Assembly: GCA_963806905.1 (NCBI GenBank)
Contig: CAWEAA010000008.1
Span: forward strand, 462,395 to 526,394
Origin: an uncultured Verrucomicrobiae bacterium
GTDB taxonomy: Bacteria; Verrucomicrobiota; Verrucomicrobiia; Limisphaerales; UBA11358
Length of the DNA stretch: 64,000 nucleotides
Reading direction: 5' to 3'
Under the pieces are notes generated by a model. The model made no database searches, was not told the DNA's origin, and saw only the letters and a program-made list of their open reading frames with translations. Numbering within the stretch: the first letter of the stretch is position 1; each line of letters starts with the position of its first letter. Shown here piece after piece: positions 46,829-56,559 of this stretch. The position numbers were made by a program, and so were the translations under genes.

Positions 46829-47688
46829 AACCGTAGTTTCTGAACCTCAAACGGACGGCAAATCAAACCCGCCGCTGCGTTTGGTGAAAAATCCGGTTTC
46901 GGGTCCTGGTGCATCAGGCTCACCACGCTGTCGCTGCGGAAATTCAATCGCAAACCACACGTCTCGGCGCTTTTCAGCCCCGCCCAGACCAGCCACCAGG
47001 GCAGCGGGACGAATTTCACCGGTTTATCCAACCCGCGCGCGATTTCCAAAAGCAATTGTTTGAACTGCCAGGGCTGCTCGTGCGCAGCGGTCAGAATGCG
47101 CGGCGCCCTTTCAATTTTTCCGGCGGCAGATTTCTCGATGAACGCGGCCAAATCCTCGTGGTGAACCAGAAACTGGATCTGCGAACCGTCGCCGACCAGC
47201 GGGATGAGGGAGGATTTCCGGATTTGCGCGACGAGTCTGCCGAACATGCCGGCCGGCTGGCTGCCATAAACCAGCCCCGGCCGGATCACCTGCGCGCCGC
47301 TGTCCAGCGCGATTTTTTCAATCTCCAGTTTGGCCCGGCCGTAAAGCGAACGGCAGCCGTCGTAGGCGCTGATGGAGGAGAGGCAGACGATGCGTCCAAC
47401 GCCCGCCGCGCGCGCGGCTTGAAAAAGTTTTTGCGTGCCGTCCACGTTCACCGCGCGGATTTCCTCCGGGCGCAGCGGTTGGAAGTCGTAGGCGCAATGC
47501 ACGAGCGCGTTCACCCCCGCCAGCGCCGGCGGGGGAATTTCCGCGCCGAGCTGGAACGCCACCGCGCGCGCGCCGGGTCGCGGCCGGCGGGTCAGTTCCA
47601 AAATTTCCCAGCCGCGCGCCGCAAAATAATTTTTGAGGCAGCCACCGATGTAGCCGCCGGTACCGGTGATGGTGCACAGGTTCTTCAT
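46825..47688 (-). CDS. NAD-dependent epimerase/dehydratase
   Basis: ITGTGGYIG, YGRAK. Confidence 0.9.
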   Translation of the reverse strand: MKNLCTITGTGGYIGGCLKNYFAARGWEILELTRRPRPGARAVAFQLGAEIPPPALAGVNALVHCAYDFQPLRPEEIRAVNVDGTQKLFQAARAAGVGRIVCLSSISAYDGCRSLYGRAKLEIEKIALDSGAQVIRPGLVYGSQPAGMFGRLVAQIRKSSLIPLVGDGSQIQFLVHHEDLAAFIEKSAAGKIERAPRILTAAHEQPWQFKQLLLEIARGLDKPVKFVPLPWWLVWAGLKSAETCGLRLNFRSDSVVSLMHQDPKPDFSPNAAAGLICRPFEVQKLRF

Positions 47689-47745
47689 GGATTCATTTTG
47701 AATGATTCAACCACGAAATACCTGGCGCGGCCAGCCGCAACCCAA

Positions 47746-47892
47746 GTAGCGCAGACAGTCTGTCTGCTGTATCGCCCGTCCTCCGTAGCAATACTGCGGA
47801 GGGTGGACGGATTGGTAATCCGCCGGCCCACCCGCTTCGGACGCCCGGCCGACTGCCGGTCGGCGATACGGCAGGTTGCCAACCTGCGCCAC
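47746..47892. repeat. Palindromic REP-like element with a second hairpin element nested inside
   Basis: Arms GTAGCGCAG..CTGCTGTATCGCC / GGCGATACGGCAG..CTGCGCCAC. Inner CTCCGTAGCAATACTGCGGAG element recurs at 49852-49891. Confidence 0.7.
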
Positions 47893-48121
47893 GAGAAAGC
47901 ATTGCGCCGTCTCAAAGTTGCGCAGGCAAACAAAATCTCTCGAGAGAGTAGTACAAAACACACGAAAAGGAAAATGACGAATGGATAAACCATGCCGCTG
48001 AGCGGAATGACTAATTCCCAAACCATAATGACGAAATAAGCCCGAAGTGCGAAAGCGCAACCCGGCCGGCGCGTTGTTTATTGGGCCATTTGGACATTCT
48101 TTAGACATTCGGATTTAGTCA

Positions 48122-49741
48122 TTAGTCATTTTTTAAAGCGGTTTCCCAGCCGATGCGATGGGCGTTGGCCATCACCGAAAACGTGATGGTCGTCGCCGGC
48201 ACGCTCGGGAACACCGAGGCGTCCACGACGTGAACCCGGGTCCAGCCATGCGGACGGCCCAGGCGATCGCTTTCCCAGGGACCCGGTTGTGGTCGCATGG
48301 GTATCGAACCGCCGCTGTGAAAACTGCGACCGGGTTTGGCCAGTTGCAACATCGGCGGCAAAACCATCCCGCCGAGGCGGCGCGATTGCCGGAGCAATTC
48401 GTGCACAACACGTTTGACCGTGCGGCGGGCTTCCGGTTTCGATTGCGGAATCAGGTGCAGGCAATCGCGCCCATTTTCCCCGGCTTGCGTGGCCGCAGCC
48501 GCTTCCTGGCGAAGGCCCTTGCGTCGCAACGTCATTTCAATGGTCGGCGACTCATCCGAGTGCAGAAAGCCCTGCACAATCAGCATCCGCTCGACCAGCG
48601 GTCGCCCCAGGAATTTCAGGGGGCCGAGCGATTTTCGCACCGCCTGTCCAATCAGATCGCTGTAGCTGTAAATTTGCAGATGGACGGTGTGGCGGCTGAT
48701 TCGCGGGTTGCAGATTTCGATAAAGGCCTGACTCAGGGTGTAAAGCGGCTCCGTTTCAACACCGCGCGTGCCGCGCGCCATGAGGAGCGGCAGCAAAAAA
48801 TACTGGCTGTCACGCAGGCGCAACGGTCGATCGTAGGCTGCCGCGGAGCGCAGGAGAATCTGCGCGGTCGGGATGACCCCGGCGGCCAGATAGACCCGGT
48901 CGGCCTCGAAGGCAAGCGGTTCGCCGGTCTGCCGCTGCCGGGCCTCGATGACAACCGTGCCGGAATTTTCACGCAGCCGGGTGACAATGACATCGCGCTG
49001 ATACGAAAAATTTTTATCAGCGCACAATTCCCGCACGGTGTCCGCGCTGTTGTAAATGCAGCCGTAAGGACAGCCATACATGCAGAAGCCGCAGCGGATG
49101 CAACCGATGCCCCGGGCGGTGTCGGTGGCGCGCACGGCGACGCGCGCGCGGCCGAAATGCCAGCCGCGTTCATGAAAATGGGCGCGATGCCGGTCGAGCT
49201 GGCCCAAAAGCAGGTTCGCCTGCCGGCTGGACGGCAGCGGTTGTGCGTCGTCGCCATACAGCGGAAAAAGTTCCGCCAGCGCGTCGGGTTGCGCGGCGAG
49301 GCTGGTTATTTTTGCCACGGCGCGGTAATGCGGCTCCAGATCCGCGATTTTAATGGGCCAACTGGCGATATCCGCGTCGCGATACGGCAGCAGGGCCGCG
49401 CCCCAGGTGTTGCTGAGGCCACCGAGTGCCAGGGAGGGGAGAATATCCACACCCTGGCCTTCCCACGGGATCTGATTTCCGGTTTCGCGGTAGGGAAAAT
49501 CCGAACCGAACGCCAGCTTGAGCGGAACGCCTTTGGCGCTGGCGGCCATGTCGCCTTTCAATCTGGCGAGGTCATCCCTTGGCCAGGCGGAAGGTTTTGC
49601 GCCGGCAAATTGACGGACGATTTGGGCGCGGTCGGACTCCAATTCGAGGCCGGCATCGAGCATCAGCACGGTGGCGCCGCGCGCCAGCAGCGCCTTGGCG
49701 CAAGCGACGCCCGCCGGACCGGAACCGATGACGCAATGCAT
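48122..49741 (-). CDS. GMC-family FAD oxidoreductase
   Basis: VIGSGPAG, GGLSNTWG, CIRCGFCMYGCP, VVDASVFP. Confidence 0.88.
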   Translation of the reverse strand: MHCVIGSGPAGVACAKALLARGATVLMLDAGLELESDRAQIVRQFAGAKPSAWPRDDLARLKGDMAASAKGVPLKLAFGSDFPYRETGNQIPWEGQGVDILPSLALGGLSNTWGAALLPYRDADIASWPIKIADLEPHYRAVAKITSLAAQPDALAELFPLYGDDAQPLPSSRQANLLLGQLDRHRAHFHERGWHFGRARVAVRATDTARGIGCIRCGFCMYGCPYGCIYNSADTVRELCADKNFSYQRDVIVTRLRENSGTVVIEARQRQTGEPLAFEADRVYLAAGVIPTAQILLRSAAAYDRPLRLRDSQYFLLPLLMARGTRGVETEPLYTLSQAFIEICNPRISRHTVHLQIYSYSDLIGQAVRKSLGPLKFLGRPLVERMLIVQGFLHSDESPTIEMTLRRKGLRQEAAAATQAGENGRDCLHLIPQSKPEARRTVKRVVHELLRQSRRLGGMVLPPMLQLAKPGRSFHSGGSIPMRPQPGPWESDRLGRPHGWTRVHVVDASVFPSVPATTITFSVMANAHRIGWETALKND

Positions 49742-49967
49742 ATTATCCCTTCGTCGGAAACGCGACCATGCAATGGAAGCAGAGCGGCGGCGGACTGCAA
49801 GCGCATTTGAGTGGTGGTGCAATGTGCAATTTTCGGCGGGGCGAGCGTCCGCGCCCGTCCTCCGTAGCAGCGCTACTGCGGAGGGTGGACGAGCCGTCGT
49901 CGCTTCGTCTGGCCAGATGGCCAGCATGGCGCTTGCGATTTTCCAGCGGCGCAGTTAAGGTTGGGGT

Positions 49968-50195
49968 ATGAGTGACCGCATTGAGATCAATCCACGCGTT
50001 TGCGGCGGCCAGCCCGTCGTCAAGGGGACGCGGATTTCTGTTTCCGCCATTCTGGAACAACTGGCGGCAGGCGAATCGTGGGATTCGATTCTGCACGGCT
50101 ACCCGGAACTCACGCGCCCGGATATTCAGGCGGTTCTGGATTACGCCCGCCACTCCATCCTGCACACGGAAATTGAGGCTTTTAATCCGGCCTGA
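49968..50195 (+). CDS. DUF433 antitoxin
   Basis: INPRVCGGQPVVKGTRISV...YPELTRPDI. Confidence 0.92.
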   Translation: MSDRIEINPRVCGGQPVVKGTRISVSAILEQLAAGESWDSILHGYPELTRPDIQAVLDYARHSILHTEIEAFNPA

Positions 50196-50201
50196 TTCCC
50201 T

Positions 50202-50567
50202 GTGCGTCTTTATCTCGATCAATGTCTGCGCGCCGGGCTGGCGGAACTTTTGCGCGCACGCGGGCATGAGGTTGTACGAGCCTCTGAAGTCGGCCAGGCT
50301 CGAGCCGATGATGCGCTCATTCTCCAGCGCGCCAGAGAGGAGGAACGGGTATTGGTCACGCTCGATGGACATTTTGGCGACTGGGTGATACTGCCGTTGT
50401 CCGAACATTTCGGCGTTATCCGGGTGAAAGCGCATCCGCCCTCCGTGGAAAATATTACCCGGGTTTTGCTTCCCCTCTTGGCAAACCGGTTGCAATCGGA
50501 TTTTCGCAACCGGCTGGTGATTTTGTCGTCGAACCGTGTACGTTGGATCCGAACGAGCAGCGAATAA
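50202..50567 (+). CDS. DUF5615 PIN-like toxin
   Basis: LYLDQCL..GHEV..DD..I..A..EERVLVTLDGHFG. Confidence 0.9.
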   Translation: MRLYLDQCLRAGLAELLRARGHEVVRASEVGQARADDALILQRAREEERVLVTLDGHFGDWVILPLSEHFGVIRVKAHPPSVENITRVLLPLLANRLQSDFRNRLVILSSNRVRWIRTSSE

Positions 50568-50591
50568 TCGGAGGTTGCAATTTAATTCCGA

Positions 50592-50653
50592 AATTTTGCC
50601 GCCGGCCACGGAGCGCGCGCAGGAGCGGAGAAAAACAAACCGGCTGCCGTGCG
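50592..50653 (+). repeat. 62-bp direct repeat, copy 1
   Basis: 61/62 identical to 51695-51756. Confidence 0.93.
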
Positions 50654-50809
50654 ACCAGTGGTGGTTTGCTTTCCCGGTCCGTCGGCCAGGCGCCGATGGC
50701 CGGAGTATTTTAAGGAAGAGCGGCGAGCCAACGGTCAGTCATAACCGCCACCGAAAATTCCGTCTGCACCCGCGCAAATCAAACCCGCTTGAAAGGAGAA
50801 CTCACCGTC

Positions 50810-51322
50810 TTACGGGTGCGGTGTCAACGCCTCTTGAATCGTTTTTACCGGCAGGAACAATTCAAGTTCGTTCGACGGCAGGGAAACAAAGCCAAATTGC
50901 TCGTAGTAGCGTTTAGCTTCCTGGTCTTTCGCGTCCACGAAAAGCCCAATCCCGCCCGCCCTGTTGAAAATTTCGGTGAATTTTACCATGGCCGCAACCA
51001 GCAAGGTTTTCCCGATGCCTTGCCGCTGATATTCCCGGGCGACCGCCAACCGGCCAAGCCTGACACCGGACACATCCCGCGGCAGTTTCTTCGCTTCTTC
51101 CGCTGACAGGGATTCTGATTTTATCTGACAGAGATTGAGGGAGAAAAATCCCACAACAGGCTTTGGATCGGATGCGCCCTCATCCACCAGAACAAAGGTC
51201 CGTGAAATTCCCCGCGTAGCATGTTGACGCGCGGTTTGCTTCAGAAACAGATTGAGCGGTTCACTCCCGCAATCAAATCCATCCCGGTCGTGAGACTTCG
51301 CCAGCAGTTCGATTTTATGCAC
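50810..51322 (-). CDS. GNAT acetyltransferase toxin (TacT/AtaT-like)
   Basis: FDCGSEPLNLFLK, LGRLAV..YQRQGIGKTLL, VDAKD..A..YY..FGF. Confidence 0.92.
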   Translation of the reverse strand: MHKIELLAKSHDRDGFDCGSEPLNLFLKQTARQHATRGISRTFVLVDEGASDPKPVVGFFSLNLCQIKSESLSAEEAKKLPRDVSGVRLGRLAVAREYQRQGIGKTLLVAAMVKFTEIFNRAGGIGLFVDAKDQEAKRYYEQFGFVSLPSNELELFLPVKTIQEALTPHP

Positions 51323-51599
51323 GCACCGCGCCTTTGAACACTTTTACCGCGTCCTTGAGATGCTTGTTGGGTTTGGGCGGATGGTCGAGCAGGGAAAGCA
51401 CCGTCCGCGCATCTTTCTGCGAAAGGCGAATGACCGATTCCTGCTCGATCACGCGTTGCGCTGCCTGATACGCGGTTTGCACGACGAACTGGTTGACGGT
51501 CGCGCCCAAAAGCTCCGCCGCCTGTTCCAGCGTCACGCGCACTTTGTCGGAAACGCGGGCGGTTATTCTCTTGCGAGGCACTTCGATTACATATCCCAT
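51315..51599 (-). CDS. DUF1778 RHH antitoxin (TacA-like)
   Basis: RITARV...LEQAA.L.G.TVNQFV...I.LS......LDHPPKPN. Confidence 0.92.
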   Translation of the reverse strand: MGYVIEVPRKRITARVSDKVRVTLEQAAELLGATVNQFVVQTAYQAAQRVIEQESVIRLSQKDARTVLSLLDHPPKPNKHLKDAVKVFKGAVRA

Positions 51600-51694
51600 G
51601 ACAACATGGTGCCACTTTGTCACCGGCTTGTCAATCCGTTTTCGGCGCGGTAACTGTCAGTCCGCCTCGGACATTTCCGCTACATCATTGCCGG

Positions 51695-51756
51695 AATTTT
51701 GCCGCCAGCCACGGAGCGCGCGCAGGAGCGGAGAAAAACAAACCGGCTGCCGTGCG
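51695..51756 (+). repeat. 62-bp direct repeat, copy 2
   Basis: 61/62 identical to 50592-50653. Confidence 0.93.
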
Positions 51757-52262
51757 CGGCGGCGGACTGCAAGCGCAATCCAAACAGCATGAAGCAATTG
51801 AGAAGGCATGGTTTTGAACCGCTGCCAATCAAATTCTGTTCGCTGGCGCAAATCTTCGCGGAGCGCGGACAGCCTTGTCCGCGCGTTGGTTTGCAGTGGC
51901 CTCGGACTCGCGGACAAAGCTGTCCGCGCTCCGTTGGTTGCGGCCCCCTCCGTGCCGGGCGTCATGCCGTTTTTGCGGTAATTCGTTCGCCTGATTGAAC
52001 GTCAGGGTTGAAAATCCATCCAATTCCTGCCGGATGCGGCATCCGGGTCCGGTTCAATTTCGACGTGAGCCGGCCGGCGGTGACGGGAAAACAAATTTGA
52101 CGTTTACAGACCAGCCAGCCTCAAAGAGTATTGCCCCGCAGAACCTGCATGGAAACAAGTAAACTTTCAGTTGCAAAGACCGTGCCGGGCACGGACGCAT
52201 CAAGCCTTCTCAACGGAACGGGGGACGGTTTATTTTGCGGCCGTTTTCAGGAAAAGTGAATT

Positions 52263-53825
52263 ATGTCCCGGCTCAAGCGCGCGATTCATGGTGTGGCTTC
52301 AGGCTACGTGATGCTGGCAGTGACTGCGGTTAGCGGACTGGCTTCCGTGCCGGTGGCGCTGCATTACCTCAGCAAAGAGCAATTTGGCCTTTGGGCGTTG
52401 ATGTGGACGCTGCTCAGCTATCTGAACCTCGTTGACCTGGGGATGTCGGGTTCCATCGCGCGTTTGTTGATTGATTTCAAGGATGATCGTGACGGCGGAC
52501 ACTATGGCAGTTTGATCAAGACGGGTTGGCTGGTCTTGGTGACGCAGGGACTGATCGTCTTCGCCACCGGACTGGTTTTCGCGGGTTCATTTACCCAGTT
52601 GATGGCGATACCGGCGGATTTGCAGCCGGAATTCATCCAATTGATAAAACTGCAATGCGGCGTTGTGGCTCTGGGCTATGCGGTGCGCATTTTTGGCCAC
52701 CTGCTCACGGCGCACCAGCGAATGGACCTCGCGAACTACGCCGGAACGCTGGCCCCAATGGTGAACCTGGCGGCGCTGTGGGTTTGCTTTTACTTTGGAT
52801 TCGGTGTGTTCAGCATTGTGTGGGCCACGCTTTGCGCCACGCTGGCCAATGCGGCCGTCCAGGGGATTGCCTGTGAAATGTGGGGCTTCTTCCCGCGGCG
52901 CGGCGGCTGGGGGACCACTTCGTGGACCCGGTTCAAGGAAATTTTCAACTACGGCCGCGACCTCTTTCTGATATCGCTGGGCGTGCAGGTGATTTTGGGC
53001 AGCCAGACGATGATTATCACGCGCCTGCTGGGCCTGGAAAATGCGACGGCGTGGAACGTGGGCACCCGCACTTTCGTCATACTCCGGGAAGCGATGGGGC
53101 GGGTGGTGTACTCCCCGCTGAGCGCGTTTTCCGAGATGATGGTTCGCGGCGAGCGGACGCGGCTCCATGACCGCTACCGCAGCCTGGTGGTTCTCGTCGC
53201 GAGCTTGAGCGTGTTCATGGGCGTGAGTTTTGCCTTGTGCAACGGCGTGTTTGTCACGGTCTTGACTTCCGGGCGCATTGCCTGGCCGCCGCTGAATGAT
53301 TTGCTGTTGGGCATCTGGCTGGTTGTCCTTTCCGTGCAATCCTGTCACAGCAGCCTGATCATGACGACCAAGCAAATCCGTTTCATGCGTTTTGTTTTTT
53401 TCATTGAAGGCGCCATTTACGTCGTCCTTGCCGTCTTCACCGTAACCCGGGGCGGCCTGCCGGCCCTGATTGCCTGTTCGGTCTGCTGCACCACCCTGTT
53501 CAGCGGAATGTATGGTGCCTGGCGGGTCAGCCGTTATTTTGGCTGTCCGCTCAACGAGGTGGTGTTTCGCTGGATGAGGCATGCCGTCATCGTGCTGCTG
53601 GGGTTCGGGTTGCCCGCCGGGTTGTGTTGGTGGATGACCGGCAGTCTGGACGCGTTGCCCCGGCTGGTGATCGCCTGCGCTTTGGCGGCAACGCTGGGTT
53701 TGTTCGTGCTGCTGCGTTTCGGGGTGCCCGCCGATCTGCAGGTGGAATTTCGAAAACGTGCCCCGGCGAAAGTCGGCGGTTTGCTCGCGAAGATTTTCGG
53801 CCGGCTGCCCGTCGCCGAATCGTGA
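52263..53825 (+). CDS. Wzx/MOP-family polysaccharide flippase
   Basis: YLSKEQFGLW..DLG motif, 12-14 TM helices. Confidence 0.85.
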   Translation: MSRLKRAIHGVASGYVMLAVTAVSGLASVPVALHYLSKEQFGLWALMWTLLSYLNLVDLGMSGSIARLLIDFKDDRDGGHYGSLIKTGWLVLVTQGLIVFATGLVFAGSFTQLMAIPADLQPEFIQLIKLQCGVVALGYAVRIFGHLLTAHQRMDLANYAGTLAPMVNLAALWVCFYFGFGVFSIVWATLCATLANAAVQGIACEMWGFFPRRGGWGTTSWTRFKEIFNYGRDLFLISLGVQVILGSQTMIITRLLGLENATAWNVGTRTFVILREAMGRVVYSPLSAFSEMMVRGERTRLHDRYRSLVVLVASLSVFMGVSFALCNGVFVTVLTSGRIAWPPLNDLLLGIWLVVLSVQSCHSSLIMTTKQIRFMRFVFFIEGAIYVVLAVFTVTRGGLPALIACSVCCTTLFSGMYGAWRVSRYFGCPLNEVVFRWMRHAVIVLLGFGLPAGLCWWMTGSLDALPRLVIACALAATLGLFVLLRFGVPADLQVEFRKRAPAKVGGLLAKIFGRLPVAES

Positions 53826-53849
53826 GTTGTGAGTCCCGCCGTTTGGTTA

Positions 53850-54557
53850 TTACACCGGGCGTTGACGCGGGGCGGCGTTCAGTCTGGCTGGAACTCCCCG
53901 CACGTCTTTGATGGCAATCAGACCGAAGGCCCTGTGATAGTTTTTATCGACGCGCAGCAGCCGGGACAGCAAGGCATCACACTTGAGCGCGCCGGGGAAG
54001 TTGTAGCGCGGCTTGGCGGAATAGCCTCGCAGGGCTTTGATGCCCGAGCCATGCACCGTGTATGCCATGCCTTCAAAATCGTGCGCAAACCAACCCGAAA
54101 GATGGCGCTGGAATTCGTTGCCAAACTCCGGCCCTTGTTCCAGAAACCCATTCGGGGTTTGGACCAGGATGTACTTGCACGTCAGCCGCTCGCACTTCTC
54201 CAGTAATTCAAATCCCTGGCGCTTGGGTAAGTGCTCGATGACATCAATAAGTGTGATGAGGTCAAAGCGCCGGCCGCCAAACGGTTCAAGGATCGTTTCG
54301 GGGCTGACCTTTAAAATATCCGCAAGCACATAGTCGTCGTGCTGCCCACGCGCGCGGGCCTCGGCCAGCGCTCCTTCAAACGCGTCCAACCCCACGGTGC
54401 GAATGCCCGGTCGGAACGGACTCAGCTTCGACGCGTTGCCACAGCCAATGTCCAGCGCCGTTTGGCAGTCGCCGCGCTCTATCATTTGTTGTAGGTAGTC
54501 TTCAGCTGCGGGCATGCGGATCAGCCTCTTAACGGCTCGTTTTGCCCAACGGATCAT
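53850..54557 (-). CDS. Class I SAM methyltransferase
   Basis: LDIGCG, DVIEHL, TPNGF. Confidence 0.88.
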   Translation of the reverse strand: MIRWAKRAVKRLIRMPAAEDYLQQMIERGDCQTALDIGCGNASKLSPFRPGIRTVGLDAFEGALAEARARGQHDDYVLADILKVSPETILEPFGGRRFDLITLIDVIEHLPKRQGFELLEKCERLTCKYILVQTPNGFLEQGPEFGNEFQRHLSGWFAHDFEGMAYTVHGSGIKALRGYSAKPRYNFPGALKCDALLSRLLRVDKNYHRAFGLIAIKDVRGVPARLNAAPRQRPV

Positions 54558-55411
54558 AGGTTTGAAGTGTGTATGGGAACTGCCAACCCGGCGCTCGTCC
54601 CCATGAGCGTGCCGGCGGGTTGGTTCGAATCGTACCAGGTTTTCAATTCACGCAATTGCTGCTCCAAGCCGGGGCAGGTCAGCGTCGGGACCAATGTCCG
54701 ATCCACAGCATCTTTGGCTTCCACCGGTCGCACATTCACGGTCAAACCCCAGATTTTCCCCATGAGTTGCAGCATGTCACACTTGGACATCGGCGGCTCA
54801 AAGCCCGGCTGGACGACCGGATCCTCTGTTTTCAGCCGGCCGCTCATCAGTTCCCAACAGATCCTGGCCCATTCCAGAGTCGTGATACCGTTCCACAAAT
54901 GATTGGTGTAACCATTGACCTCGCCGGACTGGCGCAGGAACCAGCCCATTAACCCGTGGCCGCCTCTCAATTCCGGTCCGATGATGGAGGTGCGAATCAC
55001 GACACACCGTCCCGGCCGGGCCACTGCCTCACCGAGGACTTTGGAGAGGCCGTAAATATCCTCGGCATCCCTCTCGCTTTCGATCGAGTAATGCCCTTGC
55101 CTGCCCGAGAAAACGCAGTCGGTGCTTGCATGAACCAAGCGTTGATCGGGGCGCAGCCGGAGGCTGAGATGGAGCGGAAACAAGGAGTTGGCTAAGAACA
55201 GTTCAGCTGGGTTGTCGCTCTTCTGCTTGATGCGACCGATCGCATTGACAATCCAAGTGCATCCTGAATCGCGTACGGTCTCGATCAAGGGATCCCGGGC
55301 TTGCGCGGCATACCGCAAGGGCGAAGTCACGACCTGACAACCTAGTTGCGCAAGGTAGCGCGCAACGACGTGGCCCAGCATCCCCTGCTGACCCAGCACG
55401 AAGACTCTCAT
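54554..55411 (-). CDS. RmlD-like nucleotide-sugar reductase (SDR)
   Basis: LGQQGMLG, HASTDCVFSG, YGLSK, RTSIIG. Confidence 0.88.
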   Translation of the reverse strand: MRVFVLGQQGMLGHVVARYLAQLGCQVVTSPLRYAAQARDPLIETVRDSGCTWIVNAIGRIKQKSDNPAELFLANSLFPLHLSLRLRPDQRLVHASTDCVFSGRQGHYSIESERDAEDIYGLSKVLGEAVARPGRCVVIRTSIIGPELRGGHGLMGWFLRQSGEVNGYTNHLWNGITTLEWARICWELMSGRLKTEDPVVQPGFEPPMSKCDMLQLMGKIWGLTVNVRPVEAKDAVDRTLVPTLTCPGLEQQLRELKTWYDSNQPAGTLMGTSAGLAVPIHTSNL

Positions 55412-56397
55412 ATGTAGGATTCCACCTCGCCCATCGCATCCAAGAGCGCGCCAATTTCCTCTGGTCGCTTAAGTCTCTGTGTGTTGGCAGAAGTGTACTC
55501 CTCCCCCAGCGTCTTTAACGTCAGATGTTTCGACACGCGATATTCAGGATGAATCGTGTAGTAGGAGGGCTCTTCGGTGACACGCTGCATCTCGTACTCG
55601 TTGACCAGGATTTCGTGCAACTTCTCACCGGGACGGATGCCGATGACCTCGATGGGATGGCGTTTGCGCTGCTCGCTGTATTTCAAGCGCATCGTTTCCG
55701 CCAGCGCCCGTACGGTGCAAGCTGGTGCCTTGCGAACAAACACCTCACCGCCTCGCGCTTGCGTCATTGCGTGCAGGACCAGATCCACTGACTGATCCAG
55801 CGTCAACAGAAATCGTGTCATTGTCGGGACCGTCAGGGTCAGCGGTACTCCCTTCCGGATCTGATCACGAAACAAAGGAATGACCGAACCGCGGCTCCCC
55901 ATCACGTTGCCATAGCGCACGCAGCAGAAAACCGTCCGGCTGTCGAATTCGTTTTGGCTGCAGACAATCTTTTCCAGCATCGCCTTGCTGATGCCCATGG
56001 CATTGACGGGTTTGACCGCCTTGTCGGTGCTCAGAGCCACCAGGCACTTCACGCCGTTGTATTTGGCCGCCTGACAGGCGTTTTGCGAGCCGAGGACATT
56101 GGTTTTTACGGCTTCAAAAGGATAAGTTTCGCACGAAGGGACCTGTTTGAGCGCCGCGGCGTGAAACACATAATCCACCCCGCGCATGGCTTCGGACAGC
56201 CGGTCGGCGTCCCGCACATCTCCCACAATGTAACGGAACTGGGGGAATGCCCTTCTCATCTCCCATTGTTTTTTTTCATCGCGGCTGTAAATCCGGATTT
56301 GGGCGGGTTTATACTTCAGCAAGTGGCCGGCCACACGGTTGCCGAACGAACCGGTGCCGCCAGTGACCAGAATCACCGAGCCAGAAAGATTCTTCAT
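55408..56397 (-). CDS. UDP-GlcNAc 4,6-dehydratase/epimerase (FnlA/CapE-like)
   Basis: TGGTGSFG, SRDEKKQ, AAALKQVPSCE, STDKAVKPVNAMGISKA, RYGNVMGSRGSVIP. Confidence 0.92.
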   Translation of the reverse strand: MKNLSGSVILVTGGTGSFGNRVAGHLLKYKPAQIRIYSRDEKKQWEMRRAFPQFRYIVGDVRDADRLSEAMRGVDYVFHAAALKQVPSCETYPFEAVKTNVLGSQNACQAAKYNGVKCLVALSTDKAVKPVNAMGISKAMLEKIVCSQNEFDSRTVFCCVRYGNVMGSRGSVIPLFRDQIRKGVPLTLTVPTMTRFLLTLDQSVDLVLHAMTQARGGEVFVRKAPACTVRALAETMRLKYSEQRKRHPIEVIGIRPGEKLHEILVNEYEMQRVTEEPSYYTIHPEYRVSKHLTLKTLGEEYTSANTQRLKRPEEIGALLDAMGEVESYI

Positions 56398-56559
56398 TTT
56401 ATATCCGGGAATCTTAGCAGGAATGGCCCTAAGGGCAATGATTTCTTGAGCCGGATCCGTTCACGAATACCGCGCCGAGACAATGAGGGAATTTGTGCTC
56501 GACTCTTGGCAACAGTTTCTATTGTGTTTCTTCAAATCAAACCCGATGCAAATTCATTG

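Noticed and set aside
47685..48108. ORFs between the epimerase and GMC genes
   Set aside because: They translate palindromic and heptamer repeat DNA and show no protein-like features.
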